Shown: positions 16,090 to 25,402 of the stretch, in pieces
Layout of the letters: each line of letters starts with the position of its first letter
Numbering within the stretch: position 1 is the first letter of the stretch
NCBI GenBank assembly: GCA_019358935.1
Contig: JAHHIK010000110.1
Span: forward strand, 1 to 27,073
Reading direction: 5' to 3'
Length of the DNA stretch: 27,073 nt
Source: Tolypothrix carrinoi HA7290-LM1
GTDB lineage: Bacteria > Cyanobacteriota > Cyanobacteriia > Cyanobacteriales > Nostocaceae
Translations under genes and position numbers: made by a program
The notes under the pieces: generated by a model
The model's input: only the letters and a program-made list of their open reading frames with translations
What the model was told of the DNA's origin: nothing
Database searches by the model: none

Positions 16090-18237
16090 TTATTGCATCA
16101 TGTTTAACTCTTCACGAGGAAACCCAAATTCAACGGCTTTATTAATAGAATTGCGTGCTTCTTGAGTTCTTCCCAATTTATCTAAGGCATATCCTCGGTT
16201 AGCCCAGACATAAGGATCTTTCGGTTGAAGTTCTTTGGCTTTATCAAAAGCAACCAACGCTTCATCGTAGCGGTTTAGCTCTAACAGCACCGTCCCCTTG
16301 TTCACCCAAGCATCATATGAGTCATATCTGCGTTCAATTGCTTTTTCAAACGATTTTAAGGCTTTGTCATAGTCTTTAATATATTGTGCCAGCAAACTTC
16401 CTCGCGTAAACCATACTTGATAATCTTGAGGACGAATTTGACTGGCTCGATTAAAAGCTAAAAGTGCTTCTTGAGGTTTTCCTAAACCATTAAGAGCATT
16501 ACCTTTACCAAGTAAAGCTTCATAAAAATTATTGTCTATTTTCAGCGCTTTTTCAAAAGAAGCAAGCGCTTCGGGAAGACGGTTTAATTTTAGTAAGACA
16601 GATCCTCTCTCTGTCAAAGCAAGCACATCGTCCGGCTTACTCCTGAGAAGATCGTCGTAAGATAATACTGCTTCTTCATAGAATTTCTTTGCAGCTTGCT
16701 GTCCATCCAAAAGTTCTGTAACCAAACCTATTTGCTGCCAAACACTTGGTACACCAGGATTGATTTGCTTGAGTTTTTCTAGAGAATCTGAAGCTTCTTT
16801 ATACTTATTTAAACCAATATAAGCTAATCCCTTTCCACTCCAAGCTTCCGGATTATTTGGGTTAATTCCAAGTACGTTTTCATGTACTTCTAAAGCTTCT
16901 TGATATCTGCGTAATTTGTATAAGGCTTTACCTTTATTATTTAAGGTTTTTGGATCGTTAGGTTCAAAAAAGAGCGATTTATTATAAGATTCTAAGGCTT
17001 GCAAATCGCGACCTACACTTAAAAAAGCATCACCTCTTCCTTTCCAAGCTGCGGCAGAGTTGGGATTTATTGCTATCAGGTTTTGAAATTGTTCGAGAGC
17101 TTTCTCTGGTTGACGTATATCAAGTAAACGATTACCTTGATAAGAATAATATAAAGGTCTAATAAATGGATGAATAAATTCTATCAATAATGCGATCGCC
17201 CCTAGTGCTGTCACTACAATTGTGATTTTCCCCCATTTTGACTCTGATAAAGTAGTGAGTGCTGTCTTATTATTAGATGTTGGTGGTTGAGTATTTAAAT
17301 TATTATTAGGAAGATTACTTTGACTGACAGTTGCAAGTTCCGGTATGTTGAAAGGATTTATTGTATTTGCATTATAAGCTTCGTATAAACTACGGATAAA
17401 ATCCTGTTCGTTGATTGCTGTAAAGCCACTCAAATCATTGAGAACATCTTCTACAGACTGATAACGTTGTTCAGGATTGCGGTAGACCATTTTTGTTAAA
17501 ATGGCAGCTAAAGATTCATCAATATCAAGCCCATTAACCCATATAATGTTGTCTTTTTCATCCCGTTTTAAATTTTTGGGTGGTATTTTAGTTAAAAGCT
17601 GGATTGCCGTAATACCCAAACCGTATATGTCACTGTGAAAACCTGGTTTTCCTGCCATTTGTTCTGGAGGAGCATATCCACTAGTTCCAATCATTGTCTG
17701 GGTATGCTGTTCGTGAGGAGATGAGTAGTTAATGTCTAATTGTTTGACAGCACCAAAGTCAATTAAGACAAACTTCTTGTCTTCCTCCCTTCTCATCACA
17801 TTCGGAGGTTTTATATCACGATGAATAACATTTATTTGATGCAGATATTTTAAAATAGAGAGAATTTCTCGTAAAAAATTAATAACTCTTGGCTGTGTCC
17901 ATTGCTGACCAATTAGATTTTGTAGAGGTTCACCGTGTATATATTCTTGAACTAAATAATAATTTCTTTGTCCATTTTGTTCGTCTTCAAAATAATTAAA
18001 ATATTTTGGGATCTGTTGCTTTTGTTGCAAATATTTCAAAATAGCAACTTCTCTTTTAAATAAGAGTTTTGCCGTTTCAATAATATCTGAGTTTTGCGGA
18101 TAGAGTTGTTTAACTACACAAGGACAGTTGGATGACATAGTATCTTGAGCAAGAGAGGTTATACCAAAGCCTCCTCTTGCTAATTCTTTTATAATCTTGT
18201 AACGTCCAACTAGTAATATTTCCTTCTGTTTCGCCAT
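16090..18237 (-). CDS. Hanks-type Ser/Thr protein kinase with a transmembrane segment and C-terminal TPR repeats
   Basis: ARGGFG, VVKQL, HRDIKPPN, DFG, GYAPPE; hydrophobic ITIVVTALGAIALLIEF; multiple TPR units. Confidence 0.95.
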   Translation of the reverse strand: MAKQKEILLVGRYKIIKELARGGFGITSLAQDTMSSNCPCVVKQLYPQNSDIIETAKLLFKREVAILKYLQQKQQIPKYFNYFEDEQNGQRNYYLVQEYIHGEPLQNLIGQQWTQPRVINFLREILSILKYLHQINVIHRDIKPPNVMRREEDKKFVLIDFGAVKQLDINYSSPHEQHTQTMIGTSGYAPPEQMAGKPGFHSDIYGLGITAIQLLTKIPPKNLKRDEKDNIIWVNGLDIDESLAAILTKMVYRNPEQRYQSVEDVLNDLSGFTAINEQDFIRSLYEAYNANTINPFNIPELATVSQSNLPNNNLNTQPPTSNNKTALTTLSESKWGKITIVVTALGAIALLIEFIHPFIRPLYYSYQGNRLLDIRQPEKALEQFQNLIAINPNSAAAWKGRGDAFLSVGRDLQALESYNKSLFFEPNDPKTLNNKGKALYKLRRYQEALEVHENVLGINPNNPEAWSGKGLAYIGLNKYKEASDSLEKLKQINPGVPSVWQQIGLVTELLDGQQAAKKFYEEAVLSYDDLLRSKPDDVLALTERGSVLLKLNRLPEALASFEKALKIDNNFYEALLGKGNALNGLGKPQEALLAFNRASQIRPQDYQVWFTRGSLLAQYIKDYDKALKSFEKAIERRYDSYDAWVNKGTVLLELNRYDEALVAFDKAKELQPKDPYVWANRGYALDKLGRTQEARNSINKAVEFGFPREELNMMQ

Positions 18238-18627
18238 TTTTAGTTAACTTAGTTTTTGATGCTCAAGCGATATTGTTTAACTAAGCATTTTGATCGCAAT
18301 TATTTGTATAATTTTATGCTCCTCATCTTTTGCACGTACATAGAAATAAACTTATTTATATAATCCGTATCTAAATTTTCTCTTAAGTTACGACCATATA
18401 TTATTTTCAGCTTAACAAATAATTAATTTTTAGTTTTAATTTACAGCAAATAAAACACACTTCTACGTTTTTACCCTGAGGGGTGAGTTAAATTTTATTA
18501 TGATTCTAGTGACTAGAAATAACAATATGTGGTAAATAAACTTTAACTAAAATTAATCATAGTCTGTTCAGTTTTATACAGCGATCGCCTTGAATAACAA
18601 AACTTTTGCTGAGGAGTACATAATACT

Positions 18628-20481
18628 ATGATTTTGGGCAGGCATAACAGGTGCTTAAATCTAGCTGCTTTGTTGACGGTCGAGGCGTTAATCACCTTCT
18701 CTAGTCATAAAGTCTTAGCTGAAAGCTTGCCTGATGAACTTCTAGAAGCTGAAATACCTTTTCAGGAATTTTTAACTTCTGTTTATAACACTACAACATC
18801 GCCTATTATTCTATCTCAAGTTCCCAACCCTGTTCCACCGCTACCACCAACAAGACAGCCAAGTCCGAATCCTGTTCGACCGCTACCACCACCACCACAA
18901 CCAATCCCAACTCCCCAGCCATTACCAGAAAATCCTCTTGATGAAACTCCAGTAAAACCTCCTTCATCTGAACCACGCCCAGAGATTCCTGGAAGTATCA
19001 CGGTTAAGAAGTTTGAGTTTGAAGGTAACACAGCATTTAATGACGAAAAGTTAAGAAAAGTTACAGAGGAATTTACCAATACACCGATTACCTTCGCGCA
19101 ACTGCTACAAGTTGAAGCTGCAATCACAAAGCTTTACACTGATGCTGGGTATATCAATTCGGGTGCTTTTATCCCAGCTGACCAAGCTTTTTCTAGAGAG
19201 GGTGCAGTAGTCAAAATTGAGGTTGTTGAAGGTGGAATAGAAGACATTAAAATAACAGGTAATCGACGGTTAAATTCAGAATACATCCGCAGTCGAATTA
19301 GACTTGGGGTATCCAAACCTTTGAATCGAAACCGTTTGTTGAAAGCGCTGCAAGTACTGCAAAATAACCCCTTGATTCAAAATCTTTCGGTTGAACTGTC
19401 TGTTGGGTCGCGTCCAGAACAGAGTCTACTGGAAGTCAAGGTAGTAGAAGCAGACTCGTTTAGAACAGAATTTTTTGTTGATAATGGTCGTGTTCCGACT
19501 GTGGGTAGTTTTCGCAGGGGTGTCCGCATCAACGAAAACAATTTATTTGGGTTTGGCGATCGCGCAACTGCCATATATACTAATACCGATGGCAGTAACA
19601 CTTTGGATTTGAGTTACTCAGTACCGCTCAATCCTCGCAATGGTACACTTACTTTATCTGGGGGATTTGCAGACACTAACGTAATTGAACCACCTTTCGA
19701 TCGCATTGATATCGTAGGTGACTATTTTTATGTAGATTTGAGTTACCGCCAGCCGATAATCGAAACTGCGACCCAAGAATTAGCACTAGGTCTATCCTTA
19801 TCTCGACAGCAAAGCCAAACTCAAATTTTAGGAGAAAACTTTCCCCTTTCTTTTGGAGCTGATAATAGTGGGGAAACTCGCTTATCAACGTTGCGGTTTT
19901 TTCAGGAATATACACAACGCACTCCCCAGCAAGTTTTAGCTTTTCGTTCTCAATTTAGTCTTGGGGTAGGGTTGTTTGATGCTACTGTCAACAGCCAACC
20001 TCCTGATAGTCGGTATTTTTCTTGGAGGGGACAAGGACAGTATGTGCGACTTTTAGCACCGGACACATTGTTTGTATTTCGTTCTGACGCACAGTTGGCA
20101 ACGAGATCCCTAGTACCTTTAGAGCAATTTAGCATTGGAGGTTTGCAAAGCGTCCGGGGTTATCGTCAAGATCAGCTTTTGGTTGATAATGGCTTTTTTG
20201 CTTCAGCGGAAGTTAGATTACCGATTCTGCGGGTAAATCAGGTAGACGGAGTATTGCAAATAGTGCCCTTTATCGATTTTGGCATTGGTTGGAATAGTTC
20301 AGGTTATCGCAACCCAGATCCGAATACTTTGGTGGGTACGGGGGTAGGTTTGCAATGGCAAATGGGCAATCAGCTTAATGCGCGTCTTGATTATGGTTTT
20401 CCCTTAATTGATGTTAATTCGAGCGATCGTACTTTGCAAGAGCAAGGTTTGTATTTTTCAGTTAATTACAGTCCTTTTTAA
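18628..20481 (+). CDS. ShlB/FhaC/HecB-family two-partner secretion outer-membrane transporter (TpsB)
   Basis: Pro-rich linker, POTRA-like ITKLYTDAGYINSGA, VRGY motif, C-terminal Phe; directly upstream of TpsA genes. Confidence 0.92.
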   Translation: MILGRHNRCLNLAALLTVEALITFSSHKVLAESLPDELLEAEIPFQEFLTSVYNTTTSPIILSQVPNPVPPLPPTRQPSPNPVRPLPPPPQPIPTPQPLPENPLDETPVKPPSSEPRPEIPGSITVKKFEFEGNTAFNDEKLRKVTEEFTNTPITFAQLLQVEAAITKLYTDAGYINSGAFIPADQAFSREGAVVKIEVVEGGIEDIKITGNRRLNSEYIRSRIRLGVSKPLNRNRLLKALQVLQNNPLIQNLSVELSVGSRPEQSLLEVKVVEADSFRTEFFVDNGRVPTVGSFRRGVRINENNLFGFGDRATAIYTNTDGSNTLDLSYSVPLNPRNGTLTLSGGFADTNVIEPPFDRIDIVGDYFYVDLSYRQPIIETATQELALGLSLSRQQSQTQILGENFPLSFGADNSGETRLSTLRFFQEYTQRTPQQVLAFRSQFSLGVGLFDATVNSQPPDSRYFSWRGQGQYVRLLAPDTLFVFRSDAQLATRSLVPLEQFSIGGLQSVRGYRQDQLLVDNGFFASAEVRLPILRVNQVDGVLQIVPFIDFGIGWNSSGYRNPDPNTLVGTGVGLQWQMGNQLNARLDYGFPLIDVNSSDRTLQEQGLYFSVNYSPF

Positions 20482-20499
20482 AATTTATTCCCAAAAAAT

Positions 20500-23400
20500 A
20501 TGATGAAATATTGGAAAACGCTTTTTCTCTTGACTACTTTTTGCACTCTGGGTTTGATGACCAGCGTCAGAGCGCAACAAGTTTCCCCTGATGGAACATT
20601 ATCTACCACTGTTAGCAGCCCGGATAACTTAAATTTCACCATCAATAATGGCGATCGAGTTGGAGGAAACCTTTTTCACAGCTTCAGAGAATTTTCTGTC
20701 CCCAATGGTGGTTCGGCTGTTTTCCAAAATCCTTTGGATGTGCAAAATATTATCAACCGTGTGACCGGAGGTTCTTTATCTCAAATTAATGGTTTGATTC
20801 AAAGCCAAGGTAGCGCGAACTTATTTTTACTCAATCCGGCTGGTATTTTCTTTGGACCAAATGCTCGTTTAAATATTGGTGGTTCATTTTTTGCCACCAC
20901 CGCTGATAGTTTCTTGTTTGAGAACGGATTGGAATTTAGCGCAACCAACCCGCAAGCACCATTATTAACTGTGAATATTCCCATTGGTTTGCGATTTCGG
21001 GATAATCCGGGAAATATTACTAATCAATCTGTGGTGCAGGATAACACTAATTTTCCTGTAGGTCTTCAGGTAAATCCAGGAAACTCCTTGGCGCTAGTAG
21101 GTGGTAACGTCAGTTTAGAACAGGGTGGGAGACTGACAGCAGCAGGAGGAAGAATTGAGTTAGGAGGATTGGCAGGAGCGGGAACTGTAGGATTAGACAC
21201 TACTGGCAATACGTTTAAGTTGAACTTCCCAATCAATAATTTGTCAAATGTCAGTTTAGCTGATGATGCACGAGTAGCTGTGCGGAGCAATGGGGGAGGA
21301 GACATTGCAGTTAACGCTAATATCTTTACAGCAACCAATGGTGGACGACTGGTAGGCGGTATTGAAGGTATCGCAACAAGAAACGGAGGCGATATTACTG
21401 TCAATTCCAATGAGTTCAACATCTCTGGTGTGGAACCGCAAACTCAACTTGGATCTGGAATCTACCAACAAGTAGTAAGTGATGCTTCTGGCAATGCAGG
21501 AAATATCAACATCAATACCAAATCATTTAATGCTTCATTAAGTGCAGTGCTACGAAACCGCGTCGAGTTTGGAGCAACAGGGAATGCAGGTGATATTACC
21601 ATTAAAGCCGGAACAGTTTCCTTTATTGATGGCGGTAGGATAAGTGCCGGTACTTTGGGTAATGGAAATGCAGGCAACGTAACGATTAATGCGAGCGATC
21701 GCATATCCTTTGATGGGTTTAATGAAAGCGATGGTTTTATCAGCGGTGTATTAAACACAGTAGACAGTGAAGCAACAGGTAATGCGGGAAACATCAAATT
21801 CAACACTAACAATTTGATTCTCAGCAACGCTGAAATAAATTCCAGTACTTCTGGTAATGGAAACGCAGGCAATATATCAGTAGAAGTTGGTGAGGCGATC
21901 GCATTAACTAACTCTAGTTTAATTACCGCCAATGTACAGTCAGGAGGCTCAGGCAAAGGTGGCGATATCGACATTCGGGGGCGATCGCTTACCGTCACAG
22001 ATGGTTCTCAAATCCAAGCTGGTATTTTTCGTGAAGACAGCGGTCTTCCTGGTGGTATTGGCACAGGAGGAAGTATCAAGATTAATGCTTCGGATTCTGT
22101 CGATATTTCTGGTTTCAGTTTTTCTAATGGACTTAGTGGAATATTTGCTTCCGCCGAAACAGGCTCAACTGGATCTGGGGGAAGTATAGATATTACTACT
22201 AATGCTTTTCGCCTAGCAAACTTTGGAGTTGTAACTGCTAGAACTGATAATGGTAATAACGGAGGCAATATTACCATTAATGCCAAGACCTTTGAAGCAA
22301 CAAATGGACTAGTTCAAACATCTCTTTCTGGACAAGCAGAAGCTGGTAGATTAGTCAGTGCTGGTGATATTCAGTTAAATGTCTCTGATTCTGTGACTCT
22401 CAAAGATGGTTCTCAAATAAATTCCAGCACCTCCGGAAAAGGAAATGCAGGCAATATATCACTACAAGTTGGTGAGGCGATCGCATTAACTGACTCTAGT
22501 TTAATTACCACCAATGTACAGTCAGGAGGTTCAGGCAAAGGTGGCGATATTGACATTCGGGGGCGATCGCTTAGTTTAACAGGTGGTTCTCAAATAAATT
22601 CCAGCACCTTTGGACAAGGAAATGCAGGCAATATATCACTACAAGTTGGTGAGGCGATCGCCTTAACTGACTCTAGTTTAATTACCACCAACGTACAGCC
22701 AGGAGGCTCAGGCAAAGGTGGCGATATCGACATTCAAGGGCGTACGCTTACTTTAACAGGTGGTTCTCAAATCCAAGCTGGTCTTTTTGCTGAAACAAAC
22801 GGTCTTCCTGGCGGTAACGGCACAGGAGGAAGTATTAAGATAAATGCTTCGGATTTTGTTGATATTTCTGGTTTCAATCCTGTTTCAAGACTCCGCAGTG
22901 GAATATTTGCTCCCGCTGAAACAGGCTCAACTGGACCTGGAGGAAGTATAGACATTACTACTGGTGCTTTTCGCCTATCAAACTTTGGAATTGTAACTGC
23001 TAGAAATGATAATGGTAATAACGGAGGCAATATTACCATAAATGCCAAGACCTTTGAAGCAACAAATGGACTAGTTCAAACAATTCTTTCTGGACAGGTA
23101 GAAACTGATGGATTATTCAGTGCTGGTGATATTCAGTTAAATGTCACTGATTCGGTAAGTCTATTAGATCGTTCTCTAATAAATTCCAGCACCTCCGGAA
23201 AAGGGAATGCAGGCAATATATCACTACAAGTTGGTGAGGCGATCGCCTTAACTGACTCTAGTTTAATTACCACCAACGTACAGCCAGGAGGCTCAGGCAA
23301 AGGTGGCGATATCGACATTCAAGGGCGTACGCTTACTTTAACAGGTGGTTCTCAAATCCAAGCTGGTCTTTTTGCTGAAACAAACGGTCTTCCTGGCGGT

Positions 23401-25335
23401 AACGGCACAGGAGGAAGTATTAAGATAAATGCTTCGGATTTTGTTGATATTTCTGGTTTCGATCCCGTTTCGCAACTCCAGAGTGGAATATTTGCTCCCG
23501 CCGAAACCGGCTCAACTGGACCTGGGGGAAGTATAGATATTACTACTGGTGCTTTTCGTTTAACAAACTTTGGAGTTGTAACAGCTGGAACTGCGAATGG
23601 TAATAACGGGGGGGATATTACCATAAATGCCAAGACCTTTGAAGCAACAAATGGACTAGTTCAAACAATTCTTTCTGGACAGGCAGAAACTGATGGATTA
23701 TTCAGTGCTGGTGATATTCAGTTAAATGTCATTGATTCCGTAAGTCTATTAGATCGTTCTCTAATAAATTCCAGCACCTCCGGAAAAGGGAATGCAGGCA
23801 ATATATCACTACAAGTTGGTGAGGCGATCGCACTTGCTAACTCTAGCCAAATCAGAAGTGTTGTCGAACCAGGAGGTGAAGGAATTGGCGGTAATATCGA
23901 TATTCGTGGGCGATCGCTCACCCTCACAGAGGGAGGTGCGATAGGTACAGTTCTTTTCCGTGAAGAAAATGGTTTAAGTGGTGGAAAAGGAAGAGCGGGA
24001 AATATTGAGATTAATGCCACGGATTTTGTCAATATTTTTGGTGTTGGTACAACAGGATTCTCTAGTGGATTGTTTGCCAGCGCTGAAACAGGAACAACCG
24101 CAATCAGTCCTCAAGCGGCGGGAAACATTAATCTTACCACTGGTGACTTTCGCATAGCAGATGGCGCGGTGGTCGATGCGTTGACTTACAATTCTGGTGA
24201 CGCTGGAAACATCACTATCAACGCCAATACCTTTACAGCTAGTGGTGGTGGACAAGTAATCACAACTACTTTTAACAGTGGAAGTGCTGGAAACATCAAC
24301 CTGAATATCCGCGATCGCATTACAATTTCTGGTAGCGACCCTAACTATAATCAACGAGTTGAAGGAACTTTTGACAATCAGGGAGCCGCAAGCGGTATAT
24401 TTGCTAACACCGCTCCTGGCTCTACAGGTAATGGGGGAAATATCACCATTCAACAAGAGCAGAATAGGTTCCCAACAATTGCGATCGCTGATGGTGGTGA
24501 GGTAAGGGTGGATAGTCAGGGTCAGGGTATCGGCGGTGAAATTTCCATTACGGGAAATAATTTGACCCTTAATCGCGGAGTTCTCAGTGCCTCAACTGAA
24601 TCAGCTGACGGTGGTAACATCGATTTGAGATTACGAAACTTTATCCGGTTGCGTAACGAAAGCCTGATCTCTGCTAACGCACGCGGTCAACAAGGTGGAA
24701 ACGGCGGTAACATCACAATCAATACTCCTTTCATTGTCGCTTTTCCCCAAAATAATGACATTACCGCCAATGCTGGCAACGGTAGCGGTGGGCGAGTCAT
24801 AATTAATGCTACTTTGTTTGGCATAGCCCCACTCAGTGCAGCAGATTTGCGGAGATTACGTCCTAACGATTTAGATCCCAGACAATTACCTACAAGTGAC
24901 ATCACTGCCATTTCACGAGATAATCCGTCTTTAAGTCTTCCTGTACAAGTTAATTCCCCAGATGTTGACCCCAGTCGCGGGTTAGTTGAATTACCAGAAA
25001 CTGTCACCGATCGCACACAACAAATTGCTCAAAATCCCTGTCAACAAGGTGTCGGCAATGAATTCTTCGTCACCGGACGCGGTGGTTTACCAACAACTCC
25101 CAATCAAACTCTCAGCAGTGATAATGTTCGCGTTGATTTGCTACAGCCTGTCGCAAGTTCGGGCAATTCTCGTAGTGCAGCTATAAAACCTGCAACCAAT
25201 CGGACTGCGACACGCGTACCTGCCAAAGGATGGATACTCAACGATAAAGGTCAGGTAGTTCTCACCGCATACGATCCTACTAATACTGCTTCTCAACGTT
25301 CTTTTAGCACTGCTGCTGCTTGTCCTGCGCGTTAA
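20500..25335 (+). CDS. Filamentous hemagglutinin-like TpsA exoprotein 1
   Basis: Signal peptide, NLFHSF, NIINRVTGG, LLNPAGI secretion domain; many GNAGNI beta-helix repeats; C-terminal FFVTGRGGLP and AKGW motifs. Confidence 0.94.
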   Translation: MMKYWKTLFLLTTFCTLGLMTSVRAQQVSPDGTLSTTVSSPDNLNFTINNGDRVGGNLFHSFREFSVPNGGSAVFQNPLDVQNIINRVTGGSLSQINGLIQSQGSANLFLLNPAGIFFGPNARLNIGGSFFATTADSFLFENGLEFSATNPQAPLLTVNIPIGLRFRDNPGNITNQSVVQDNTNFPVGLQVNPGNSLALVGGNVSLEQGGRLTAAGGRIELGGLAGAGTVGLDTTGNTFKLNFPINNLSNVSLADDARVAVRSNGGGDIAVNANIFTATNGGRLVGGIEGIATRNGGDITVNSNEFNISGVEPQTQLGSGIYQQVVSDASGNAGNININTKSFNASLSAVLRNRVEFGATGNAGDITIKAGTVSFIDGGRISAGTLGNGNAGNVTINASDRISFDGFNESDGFISGVLNTVDSEATGNAGNIKFNTNNLILSNAEINSSTSGNGNAGNISVEVGEAIALTNSSLITANVQSGGSGKGGDIDIRGRSLTVTDGSQIQAGIFREDSGLPGGIGTGGSIKINASDSVDISGFSFSNGLSGIFASAETGSTGSGGSIDITTNAFRLANFGVVTARTDNGNNGGNITINAKTFEATNGLVQTSLSGQAEAGRLVSAGDIQLNVSDSVTLKDGSQINSSTSGKGNAGNISLQVGEAIALTDSSLITTNVQSGGSGKGGDIDIRGRSLSLTGGSQINSSTFGQGNAGNISLQVGEAIALTDSSLITTNVQPGGSGKGGDIDIQGRTLTLTGGSQIQAGLFAETNGLPGGNGTGGSIKINASDFVDISGFNPVSRLRSGIFAPAETGSTGPGGSIDITTGAFRLSNFGIVTARNDNGNNGGNITINAKTFEATNGLVQTILSGQVETDGLFSAGDIQLNVTDSVSLLDRSLINSSTSGKGNAGNISLQVGEAIALTDSSLITTNVQPGGSGKGGDIDIQGRTLTLTGGSQIQAGLFAETNGLPGGNGTGGSIKINASDFVDISGFDPVSQLQSGIFAPAETGSTGPGGSIDITTGAFRLTNFGVVTAGTANGNNGGDITINAKTFEATNGLVQTILSGQAETDGLFSAGDIQLNVIDSVSLLDRSLINSSTSGKGNAGNISLQVGEAIALANSSQIRSVVEPGGEGIGGNIDIRGRSLTLTEGGAIGTVLFREENGLSGGKGRAGNIEINATDFVNIFGVGTTGFSSGLFASAETGTTAISPQAAGNINLTTGDFRIADGAVVDALTYNSGDAGNITINANTFTASGGGQVITTTFNSGSAGNINLNIRDRITISGSDPNYNQRVEGTFDNQGAASGIFANTAPGSTGNGGNITIQQEQNRFPTIAIADGGEVRVDSQGQGIGGEISITGNNLTLNRGVLSASTESADGGNIDLRLRNFIRLRNESLISANARGQQGGNGGNITINTPFIVAFPQNNDITANAGNGSGGRVIINATLFGIAPLSAADLRRLRPNDLDPRQLPTSDITAISRDNPSLSLPVQVNSPDVDPSRGLVELPETVTDRTQQIAQNPCQQGVGNEFFVTGRGGLPTTPNQTLSSDNVRVDLLQPVASSGNSRSAAIKPATNRTATRVPAKGWILNDKGQVVLTAYDPTNTASQRSFSTAAACPAR
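21835..23900 (+). repeat. Large internal tandem repeats of TpsA1
   Basis: Units begin ATAAATTCCAG at 21835, 22417, 22594, 23179 and 23764 (spacings 582, 177, 585, 585 bp). The last unit is partial and its end is approximate. Confidence 0.9.
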
Positions 25336-25402
25336 TATTTTTTGACATTTATCTTGACAATAAAAAAATAATCTGGTAATAGACATAAAAAGGTCATATG
25401 AT

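Larger units (their letters stand above)
2309..24488. repeat. HIP1 octamer GCGATCGC, dispersed
   Basis: Roughly 25 or more copies by eye, for example near 2309, 6331, 15902, 18581 and 24481. Confidence 0.9.

Noticed and set aside
20500..25335. TpsA1 as a contact-dependent inhibition toxin
   Set aside because: No VENN motif or recognisable toxin C-terminus, and no immunity ORF; the next gene is another TpsA.
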